From an uncultured delta proteobacterium (GTDB lineage: Bacteria; Myxococcota_A; Polyangia; Fen-1088), in NCBI GenBank assembly GCA_963796685.1, contig CAWCMR010000008.1, positions 224,001 to 288,000 of the forward strand: DNA of 64,000 bases, read 5' to 3'. Positions 1 to 8,531 of this stretch are shown piece after piece; the first letter of the stretch is position 1, and each line of letters starts with the position of its first letter. Below the pieces are notes generated by a model. That model did not search any database. It was not told the DNA's origin and worked only from the letters and a program-made list of their open reading frames with translations. The position numbers and the translations under genes were made by a program.

Positions 1-372
1 ATTCGGCCCGGCGTCGCCTGTCGCGCCGCCCGAAGCGGCTCCGCCGGCGCCGGTCGAGCCACCGTGGCTCGTGGTGCCGCCGCTGGACATCCCGCCGGTT
101 CCGCTCGTGGCGCCCGCGGTGCCGCCCGTTGTGGCCCCACCGGCGGCCGCGTCAGCCCTGCCGCCGCTTCCGGACGTCGTTCCGGCCGTTCCGCCCGCGC
201 CGGTGGTACCGCCAGCGGAAACGCTACCTCCCGTATGCGTTGCGCCACCGCTTCCCCGGCTGCTGCCGGCGGCGCCTCCCGTCGAGGAAGTTGGGCCAGA
301 GGGGCTCGTTCCCGAGCAGTCCGCCCCGAAGACGGCGACCGCAAGCGCAAGAAGACATGCCTTGATCTTCAT
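1..372 (-). CDS. Partial lipoprotein-like secreted protein with Gly/Ser/Thr-rich linker; runs off the window start
   Basis: Not in the ORF track because it is open-ended. Reverse strand reads MKIKACLLALAVAVFGADCSGTSPSGPTSSTGGAAGSSRGSGG...; AGGAG lies upstream of ATG 372. Confidence 0.75.
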   Translation of the reverse strand, partial: MKIKACLLALAVAVFGADCSGTSPSGPTSSTGGAAGSSRGSGGATHTGGSVSAGGTTGAGGTAGTTSGSGGRADAAAGGATTGGTAGATSGTGGMSSGGTTSHGGSTGAGGAASGGATGDAGPN

Positions 373-495
373 CTCAAACGATCTCCTGTCCATCCGACGA
401 TGTGTTTTTGTGCACAGTCAGTGTGGCCTTCATCAACGAATACTCTCGCACATTTTCCATTGCGAGGGTGACGATGTCCGAAGTAGGGTAAATTC

Positions 496-1488
496 GTGAA
501 GGTCCGCTCCTTCCCGCGATCGAAAGTGAAGCTGTGGCGGCGCAACGCATTCGAGGTCCTCACCGCGGATGTCGTGGCAAGCCGACATCCAGGCCCGGCG
601 CCGCCACCAGAATGGGCGCCGACCCTGCACCAGCTTACCCGTTTGTTGCGCGATCCGGCAACGCCCCCATCGTGGTGGACGCCGATGACGGCGTTCTTCG
701 GCAGCGTCGAAACCCGGACCGATCCGAGCAGTTACCACTGGGACGGAATGAAGCGTCTCGGGCGCACCGATGCGCCGTTGTTCGCCTTCCAGCTGACCCT
801 GGCGGGTTGGGGGCACTTCCAACTCTACGGTGAATCGCCTCGCCGCGTTCCACCTGGTACCGCGTTCGTCGCGATCATACCGTCGCGCCATCGCTACTAC
901 TTGCCCGAGGATTCGCCGGGCTGGACGTTCGGCTGGATCTCCATCCACCATCCCTACCTTCTCGGCAGAATGGCCAAACAAGTGGAGGCCACGGGGCCGC
1001 TCATCGAGGTGGCGCCCGATGGTGCGCTGGCGGCAGTTGCCGTGCGCCTCATGCGTGGCGCGATCAAGAAGGATTTTCGCGATCGATACGAGACCGAGCT
1101 GGCCCTGTTCGAGTTCCTGGTTGCTTGCGAGCGAAGCGTGCAGCAGGCGCGCGACACCTCCAGCGAAAGCCGGCGGCTGCTGGAGGCGGTTCGGTCGCGC
1201 ATCGTCGCGAGCCTGCCCAAGGCCCTCGACGTCAATGCCCTGGCAGCCGAATACGGGATGAGCCGCACACACTTCAGTCATTTCTTCCGGGCACGTACCG
1301 GGCTCACTCCCGCGCGCTTCGCCACAGACGTGCGAATTCACCAAGCGACGCGCATGCTGCTGACCACCCGTACACCGCTGAAACAGATCTCCGACGCCTG
1401 TGGGTTCGCGAATGCCAACTACTTCTGCAAGGTGTTTCGCCGTCTGCAGCACCTGACCCCAGCTTCCTACCGGCGAGCCTTCGGCTGA
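496..1488 (+). CDS. AraC-family transcriptional regulator (start may be ATG 685)
   Basis: Cupin-like N-terminal part plus AraC double HTH: LAAEYGMSRTHFSHFF...PLKQISDACGFANANYFCKVFRR..TPASYR. Divergent from the gene at 1-372. Confidence 0.9.
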   Translation: MKVRSFPRSKVKLWRRNAFEVLTADVVASRHPGPAPPPEWAPTLHQLTRLLRDPATPPSWWTPMTAFFGSVETRTDPSSYHWDGMKRLGRTDAPLFAFQLTLAGWGHFQLYGESPRRVPPGTAFVAIIPSRHRYYLPEDSPGWTFGWISIHHPYLLGRMAKQVEATGPLIEVAPDGALAAVAVRLMRGAIKKDFRDRYETELALFEFLVACERSVQQARDTSSESRRLLEAVRSRIVASLPKALDVNALAAEYGMSRTHFSHFFRARTGLTPARFATDVRIHQATRMLLTTRTPLKQISDACGFANANYFCKVFRRLQHLTPASYRRAFG

Positions 1489-1602
1489 CCGAAGACTATC
1501 TCCAGCAGAAAACGGGGTCTTGTTTCGACTTGGTACCGAGTCCTTGCGGCAGACAACCGAATCTCTTTCGGCGAACAACCGTTCGAAGTCGCCTCCTCGC
1601 CC

Positions 1603-2008
1603 TCAACCACGCCGCTCGGCCACCTGCCTCACCTCGAGCGAGGAGACCCTCGCGAGTGCGGCGAAATCGCGGTCTCGGTGCAGGACGGCGACATCGTGCC
1701 GGATGGCACAGGCGGCGATGAGACAATCGACCCCGGAACGGATGGTCAGACCCGCCTTGCGTGCTGCCCGATACAGTCTGCGCCGCCTCCAAGAAGACTT
1801 CCTCTGGCACCGGCGACTCGATCATCGGCATGGACAGCAGTGCGTCCCGGGCCACGCGATAGCTTGCCTCATCCCGGATGCCTTGGAGGATCTCCTGGAC
1901 GATGGGAAGACAGACCACGACCTCGTCGAAGACTACCAGGGATTCGAGGTCCAGCGGCCGCTGCTTGCGAAACACCTCGATCCAGACGGACGTGTCGACC
2001 AGGATCAC
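1603..2008 (-). CDS. vapC: VapC/PIN-domain toxin, with a one-base frameshift at about 1777
   Basis: MILVDTSVWIE...VQEILQG, then in the shifted frame LYRAARKAGLTIRSGVDCLIAACAIRHDVAVLHRDRDF. GTGA overlap with the antitoxin stop. Confidence 0.85.
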
Positions 2009-2247
2009 GAACGTGCGCCCCGCCGTCTCGGCCCCGCCGAATCCGACAGATCCCGGCGCATCTCGGAAAGCGCTCCCTGCCACGCTCCACTGCCGCGCAG
2101 CGAGAGAATCCTTTGTGCGCGAACCCTCCTGACGAAATCCTTGAGCGCGGCGTTGACAGTCGCCGAGTAGGTCTTCTGCCCGCCCAACCTGGTCGCTTCC
2201 TTGAGCACGTCCACATCAAGCACAAGATTTGTACGTTGCATACACAC
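2005..2247 (-). CDS. vapB: VapB-type antitoxin
   Basis: RTNLVLDVDVLKEATRLGGQKTYSATVNAALKDFVRR...WQGALSEMRRD; directly upstream of and overlapping the PIN gene. Confidence 0.85.
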   Translation of the reverse strand: MCMQRTNLVLDVDVLKEATRLGGQKTYSATVNAALKDFVRRVRAQRILSLRGSGAWQGALSEMRRDLSDSAGPRRRGARS

Positions 2248-2608
2248 AGTATGCGAAGGACCCCCGGCGATATCAAGCCCGCGTCCCTGTCGTTCGCCAT
2301 CTCGCGGTCAACGCGATCGCTCTCCCACTCGTTGGCCTGATCGGCTGCAGTTTGCCGCTCTGTGAGTGGTATCGCGCGGGTCGCAGCGGACCACCAGGAT
2401 CACCGCGGGACAGCACGCACAATGCGCAGCAACCAGGGCGTAACCTTTGCCACGTGACAACTTGTCGCGCGCGGCAGATTGCCACGCTCTTGGCCACGAA
2501 CCGGGGCGTCCTTGTTGTTGCTTCTTCTCTTCGAGCTGGCATCGGCCATGCACGAAAAGCCTGCGGTTCTCCACAACCAATCGATGCCGATAGCCGAGGA
2601 GGTCCCCT

Positions 2609-4429
2609 ATGAGCCCTACCAAGGGTTGCGCCCTGTTTCTCGTAGCCGCGTTCGTGATGGCAGGTTCGCCCGACGCTGCCGCCCGAGGGAAGAGACGGAG
2701 AGCCACGGACGAACCTTCCGCCTCCTCGCCGCCTGGCACCCTGGCCGCTCCTTTGACGAGTGGCGGGGGATTGACGGCGCTCGACCGCGGCGACAAGTTC
2801 TACGCCCACAACGACCTCTACATGGCGTCGATCGAATACAACAACGCCCTCGAAGACAAGAGCAGCGACGAGCTCGTGCGGCAGACGGCCGAGTTCAAGA
2901 TGGCAAAGACCCTGTACAAGCTCCACTTCTACTCGGGAGCGCTCAGTTACTTCGACCGCATCGTACAGAAGGGGAATTCGCATCCCTTCTACAACGAAAC
3001 GCTGCAATGGTTGGCGGCGTTGACCCATGACATTCCCGACTCGGCCGGGGTCCTGGAGAAGATCGGCAAATACGATCGCAGCGAATTGGAAAATCCGCAG
3101 CTCGCTGCCGTGCGCGACGAGCTCTACTTCTTGCTTGGCAAGTACAACTACCAGAAGAACAAGTTCAAAGAAGCGGTGGAGCTCTTCGACATGGTGAATC
3201 CGCAGAGCCCCTTCTACGTGCAGGCCAAGCTTTTCGAGGGTGCGACCCACGTCCGCGAATACGATGCCAAGCCGGCGGTGGCCGCCTTCAAGGACGTGTT
3301 GCGCGTGGCCGAGAACAGCTCGGATCCCAAGGTTCGTCCTTTCGAGGATCTGGCCAATCTTTCGCTGGCGCGCGTCTTCTATTCCACCGGGCAGTACGCG
3401 CTCGCGGCGAAGTACTTCGACCGCGTGTCGCGTGACTCGTACGACTGGCCGAACAGCCTGTTCGAGTCCTCCTGGGCGAATTTCATGCTCAAGGATGCCG
3501 GCTACTCCAAGGCGCTCGGCGACATCCACACCCTGCGCGCGCCCTTCTTCGAATACTTCATCAAGCCGGAATCCGCCGCCGAAGCGCTCACGGTCAAGGC
3601 CACCATCTATTTCTACAATTGCCTATTCGACCGCGCCAGCGATGCCATGGACGAGTTCGACGAAACCGTTCCCGAAATCAAGAAGGGCCTCGACGAGCTC
3701 CTGAAACAGCACCAGGACAATGCGGAGTTTTACGACCTGGCCGTCAAGATTCGCGCTGGTCGATCGCGCATGAATCCGGTCGTGGAACGCGCGGCGCGCG
3801 CCGAGTTGCTCGACCGCAGCCTGGCCAAGCGTTTCGAATATGTACGGGAGCTGGACAAGGAGATGGCCCAATATGACAAGGCGGACCCGACTTGGAAGGC
3901 CACGGCGGTGGCCAACAATGTCTTCTCCGACCTCGGCGTGAATCGGGCGCTCATGGTGGCCGCGGCCGGCGATTTGGCGCGCAAGCGCGTCGAGCGTCTG
4001 GACAACGAGCTTTCGGCGCTCATCACGCGCGTGATCAAGATCAAATACGAGATTCTCGAAGGACAGAAACGCCAGGAGGAGGAGGATCTGAAGGAGGAGC
4101 AGGCCACCAGCCACGCGCGCAAGGCGAAGAGTATCGTCACCATCAATGTCGACGACGAGCACGAGTTCTGGCCATTCACCGGAGAGTATTGGCGCGACGA
4201 GCTCGGATACTATCGCTACAAGCTGGTCAACAAGTGCGGGCGGGCAGGAACGCCGCAGGGCGCGCCCGAGAATGCGCCAACCGCCGAGACCGGCGGCGAA
4301 GGCGCCGCGGCCACGGGCGGCGGCGAGGCCGCACCAGCCGAGGGTGCCCCACCCGCGGAGAGCGGCACGGCCCCCGGCGGCGGCGGGGAGGGAATGCCTG
4401 CGCCCTCCGCGCCAGGGACTTCACCGTAA
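2609..4429 (+). CDS. gltC: GltC-like adventurous gliding motility TPR protein
   Basis: Signal peptide, TPR-like helices and C-terminal WPFTGEYWRDELGYYRY..C resembling GltC; GAGGAGG RBS; Gly/Ala/Pro-rich tail. Confidence 0.7.
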   Translation: MSPTKGCALFLVAAFVMAGSPDAAARGKRRRATDEPSASSPPGTLAAPLTSGGGLTALDRGDKFYAHNDLYMASIEYNNALEDKSSDELVRQTAEFKMAKTLYKLHFYSGALSYFDRIVQKGNSHPFYNETLQWLAALTHDIPDSAGVLEKIGKYDRSELENPQLAAVRDELYFLLGKYNYQKNKFKEAVELFDMVNPQSPFYVQAKLFEGATHVREYDAKPAVAAFKDVLRVAENSSDPKVRPFEDLANLSLARVFYSTGQYALAAKYFDRVSRDSYDWPNSLFESSWANFMLKDAGYSKALGDIHTLRAPFFEYFIKPESAAEALTVKATIYFYNCLFDRASDAMDEFDETVPEIKKGLDELLKQHQDNAEFYDLAVKIRAGRSRMNPVVERAARAELLDRSLAKRFEYVRELDKEMAQYDKADPTWKATAVANNVFSDLGVNRALMVAAAGDLARKRVERLDNELSALITRVIKIKYEILEGQKRQEEEDLKEEQATSHARKAKSIVTINVDDEHEFWPFTGEYWRDELGYYRYKLVNKCGRAGTPQGAPENAPTAETGGEGAAATGGGEAAPAEGAPPAESGTAPGGGGEGMPAPSAPGTSP

Positions 4430-5471
4430 AAGCCTCCACTGGCGTCGGACGAGCTGTGCCTGGTCGGCGATGTTGGCGAGCCACTGGTGGGTGAGCTCGG
4501 CATGGGTCAGGTCGCTCCAGTGCGCGAACCAGGCGGCCCGCTCGCCGAGGGGCTTGCGGGTCAGGCGAACCGTGGGATGGATCTCCAGGGTCAGCGAGAT
4601 CCGATCGGGCGGGAGGTGCGCGTGGACGGCGTCGAGCACGCCGCGCAAGCCCTCGGCGCCCAGGATGGTAGGCAGGGTTCCGTCCGGCGCCAGCGCCGTG
4701 CTCGCCGGGATACGTTCGACGAAGGCGAGGTGGTCGCACACGCGGTAGGGGCTGAGTCGCGAGAGGAGATGACCGTCGTGCAGGTGGAAGTGCATCGGCT
4801 TGCCCAGGCGGGCGACCCGAGCCACCAGCGCGATCAGAGCGCGGGCGGCATGGCTGCCGGCCTCGTCAAGATCGCACGCCAGCGAGCCCAAGACCGGATC
4901 GGCGGGGTCCAGGCTCGAGACGTCGAGATCCGGATGGCGCGCCCGCATCCAACGACGGGCGGCGAAGATGGTCACGTGCCCGGTGTCGATGCACGCGCTC
5001 ACGTGGCGCAGCGGCGACAGCCCCTCCAGCATGGTCGCGTACGAAGAGAGCTTCGAGCCCGGCCGCGTACTCGAGATGCAGAACCGGCCCATCCGCGAGC
5101 GTCGCCAGTTGCGTATCGATCTCGCCCAGCGCCGTGGCCAGCTCGTCCGCGCGCGACGGCCAGTCGCCGCGATCGTGAACCACGAGGCCGCGCACGCGCC
5201 CCTGCAGCGCCCGCGCGAAGGCGGGGATGCGCGCTCGGTCCCCCGGCGCGAAGACATCCCAGTTGCGCGAGAGATGGAGCATGTGTCGAGCCAGGCCTCG
5301 TGGTACGAACCGCCAATCGTGCAACGCCTCGTCGACCGTACCGGGATAGACCTCGGCCCCCATCTCCGCCCGCTCGAGCTCGGCCTGAGCGAGGCGGAGC
5401 AGCGCCTCGTCGCCCGAAAAGTGGCGATGGAAGATCCCGAACAGCTCGGGCATGGCCCCTGGTCGACTCAC
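4421..5471 (-). CDS. TIM-barrel protein (sugar-phosphate isomerase/epimerase or AP-endonuclease-2-like), frameshift at about 5052
   Basis: Joining ORFs 4866-5471 and 4421-5257 gives LHLEYA...CIDTGHV...HFHLHDGH...DHL...TLEIHP, a metal-binding pattern. GTGA overlap with the dikinase stop and a GAGGAGG RBS. Confidence 0.6.
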
Positions 5472-8122
5472 GTCACCTCCTCGGCGGTCGGGATCGCGGG
5501 CCTAGACTGCACCAACCACAGGTCGTCGTGCACGATCGCACCCTCGACGTCCTGGGGTCCGCCCAGCTCGCGCTCGAGCGTCAGCGCGGCATCCAACAAC
5601 CGCTCGACCAGCCCTTGCCGCCAGGCCGGGTCGCGTCCGAAGCGGAGATCGTCGTGGCGAACCGCGCGCCAGCGCAGCTCGCCGTCCGCGCCGAGCATGA
5701 GCCCCTCGGCAAAGCTCAGGTGGGTTGCCAGCCGGTGGGTGCCTCGACGCCGATCGATGTGGACCCGATAGGGGCTGCCCTCGCCGCTGGCCGAGCAAAG
5801 GGTCTCGCCCAACCCCACCGCAAGCTCGACATAGGCCTGGTCGCCGGACGAATCGAAGGGGCTGCGCGTGTACATCACCAGGGAAAGATCGGCGGCAACG
5901 ACCGGCTGGATCAACAAGGACATGCGTAGATCGCGGGCGCGGACAGCCGCCGCGCGACAAGCGGCGAGCGCCCGGCGGCCATAGAGCGAGGCCCAGACCC
6001 GGCGCACCGCCGCGGACAGATCCGGTGGATGGACGCCGATGGCCGAGTCGAAGAGGCCGGCGCCCACTGCGCCTTTCAGGTCCTCGGCGTTGCTGCTGGA
6101 ACGTACCGCGAGCGGCTCGAAACCGGCGGCGCGCTGGCCGAGCTCGCGCTGGAAATCCTCGGGCAGCGCCGTGGCCTCGACCAGGTCGTGCAGGCGTCGG
6201 CCGGCATCGGCCCATGCACCGGATTCCTCGTGCCGGTCGGCGGCGGCCAGCAACGAGCGCATCTCGTCGGCGGCATGCGGAGCCCGCGCCAGGCAAGCCT
6301 CCATCACCCCGAACGGCACCACGAACCCGGGCGGCGCACGAAAACCGCCTCTTCCGTCCGCCGCCATCTCGGCCAACCTGCGCGCCCCCCAGGCCTTGCC
6401 GCCCGCCGTCGCGCTCTCCGCCTGCTCCAGCGCAAGCAGGCCCGGACTGCCAGTGCACGCAGCCTCGCCGAGCGTGAATCGCCGCGTGGCGGTGGTGCCG
6501 CCGCCGGCGCTTGCCGGCCGCACATGAAGACCTTCGTTGTCGACGGTGAGCGCGGTCAGTTGGCCCACGCGCGCGGCGAGCGAATCCTCGAGTGGCCCCG
6601 GGTCGCGGCGGGCCGCCATGACGACGCCACGCTGGCGAGCGCGAATCGCCACGTGCGATAGGTGGGGAAGGTCGTGGCCGACCAGCAGCCCGCGCACCCA
6701 GTCGGGCAGCTCCTCGTCCCCATCGAGGCGGTCGAGCAGCACGAGCGCGGGTTGGGCTTGCTCGTCCATCTCATGGAGATGGTCGAGCGAGAGCAGCCTC
6801 CCCTCCGCGGTTCCCTCGACCACGGCCTGCCAAGGGGACAGTCCCAGGGCCTCCGCGGTCGTGGACAACCCGAAGTCGACCAGACGGGACAGTTGAAAGG
6901 CCAGGCTGCCCCTGATCTCGCGCTCGGCGAACTGCCCGGTCACCTGCGCAGGCATGGCGAGCCGGCGACCCAGCTCGGCGGCGAAGCGGGCACACCCGCC
7001 GAGAACCCGATCCGCATAGCGCCCCAGCACGATTCGCGCGGTTTCGAAGCGCGCGCGCGCCAACCGCATGTCTTCCTCCCGCCCGCCGGGGATGCCTTCG
7101 TGTTTCTCGGGGCGGACAGCCAGAGCTTGCATGAATTCCGGCTCCACCCCCGAGATGGCAAGCTGCGCAGCCACCTCGGCCATCACGTCGAGCAAGGCAT
7201 CGACCTGCGTGGCGTCCGTCTTCGCTTCGAGACGGTTCACCCTCATGGACACGAGCACGAACGCCCTCTCGTCGAGCTTGAGATCCGCGAGACGCATCTT
7301 CTGCCCCAAGGGCGCCTCGCCGTCGGCGAACGCGGGCGCCAGAGCGCGGCGGAGGCGCGTGATGGCCACGAGCTCGCGGTCGATGCGGTCGGGCGAGTCG
7401 AGCGGCAGGCGATGGAGCGCGAGAAAATCCTCAGCGGCGGAGGCATCCACCGCAGGCAGCTTGGGCAGCAGCTCCCGCAGGTCCTGTTCGACGCTGCCGG
7501 CGTTGAAGAACGCCTCCAGCTCGGCATGAAACAGGCGAAACTCGCGAACGAAGGATTCCGGAAACTGTGCCTCGGGGCTGGTGATGCGCGCGAGCAGGTC
7601 GGCCGAGGTCTGGAGATCCTCGGGACCCGCGCTACGGTGCAGCTTGTTTTGCAGGGTACCCTTGATTTCGTTCTTGAGGGGCTGGGGAATGTCGTTGCGG
7701 TGGGCGATGTCGCGGATGCGCGTCAGCGGCTCGGCACGCCGAAACGGAAGATCGTGCGAGGGCAACCAGCGCAGGATGCCGCGCACCAGCGAGCGATTCT
7801 CGGGCCGAACGTCAGCCAACAGGACGTGCTCGATCTCGAGACCCAGCTCCGCATGGTGGCTGGGCCGGTAATGGCCGCCATCCTCGTGTCCTGGAATGGC
7901 GCCGCTCGCCACCAGCTTGAGAAAGACCCCAAGGTAGGCCAGCACCTCCGGATCACGCGCGCCATGGTCGCGTGTCAGGACGTCTCTGACCCACTCCAGG
8001 CGACGGCGCCAGCTCCCGCGCTCGCCGGAAATCCGCGCCACCTCCGCGGCAAGCTCCAGACACCGATCACTCCCTGCCGCGGACGGCGGCGTCCATGCTG
8101 GCTTGTCGGAGGATCTCGGCAT
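5468..8122 (-). CDS. Phosphoglucan, water dikinase (PWD/GWD3)-like protein lacking CBM20
   Basis: EDGGHYRPSHHAE; PLTRIRDIAHRNDIPQPLKNEIKGTLQNKLHRSAGPEDL; phospho-His motif LSHVAIRARQ; nucleotide-binding domain VRSSSNAEDL..AGLFDS..VWASLY..GLGETL..PQDVEG..VQSRP. Confidence 0.85.
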   Translation of the reverse strand: MPRSSDKPAWTPPSAAGSDRCLELAAEVARISGERGSWRRRLEWVRDVLTRDHGARDPEVLAYLGVFLKLVASGAIPGHEDGGHYRPSHHAELGLEIEHVLLADVRPENRSLVRGILRWLPSHDLPFRRAEPLTRIRDIAHRNDIPQPLKNEIKGTLQNKLHRSAGPEDLQTSADLLARITSPEAQFPESFVREFRLFHAELEAFFNAGSVEQDLRELLPKLPAVDASAAEDFLALHRLPLDSPDRIDRELVAITRLRRALAPAFADGEAPLGQKMRLADLKLDERAFVLVSMRVNRLEAKTDATQVDALLDVMAEVAAQLAISGVEPEFMQALAVRPEKHEGIPGGREEDMRLARARFETARIVLGRYADRVLGGCARFAAELGRRLAMPAQVTGQFAEREIRGSLAFQLSRLVDFGLSTTAEALGLSPWQAVVEGTAEGRLLSLDHLHEMDEQAQPALVLLDRLDGDEELPDWVRGLLVGHDLPHLSHVAIRARQRGVVMAARRDPGPLEDSLAARVGQLTALTVDNEGLHVRPASAGGGTTATRRFTLGEAACTGSPGLLALEQAESATAGGKAWGARRLAEMAADGRGGFRAPPGFVVPFGVMEACLARAPHAADEMRSLLAAADRHEESGAWADAGRRLHDLVEATALPEDFQRELGQRAAGFEPLAVRSSSNAEDLKGAVGAGLFDSAIGVHPPDLSAAVRRVWASLYGRRALAACRAAAVRARDLRMSLLIQPVVAADLSLVMYTRSPFDSSGDQAYVELAVGLGETLCSASGEGSPYRVHIDRRRGTHRLATHLSFAEGLMLGADGELRWRAVRHDDLRFGRDPAWRQGLVERLLDAALTLERELGGPQDVEGAIVHDDLWLVQSRPAIPTAEEVT

Positions 8123-8531
8123 GGGAGCCCACTCTGCTGATTACGTCGAGCAAGTGTACCTCCCCAAGCCTCGCGGGCGAGACGTTTCGAGGGCACTACT
8201 GGACGCGCGTCAATTTCCGGAAGCAGGGATCCGTGGTCATGGTCGCCGACAGCTCGTTGGCGGTCGCCACCATGCGAATCGGATCTCAGCGGCTTTGTCC
8301 CGCGATACTGCGCCACAACAGCTGTGCCACGATCGGGCCAACCCCGTGTGCCAAGACTGGCCATACGACCCGTTCCTGGCTTCCTGGCTTCCTTGGAGGG
8401 ACTTCCTCACGCAGTTCTGGGCGGAGAACGGATCCGAGGCTGCAGGCGCCTCGACAGCACCTGCAGCCGCAGAGATCAGCCCGTCGGTTGGGCGGGCTGC
8501 GGTCGGCGGGACCGGCCGGCTCGCTACCTGA

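Noticed and set aside
8123-8531. 409-bp gap with GC hairpins and ORFs of 142-151 aa
   Set aside because: No recognisable protein or RNA family; such hairpins are expected at this GC content.
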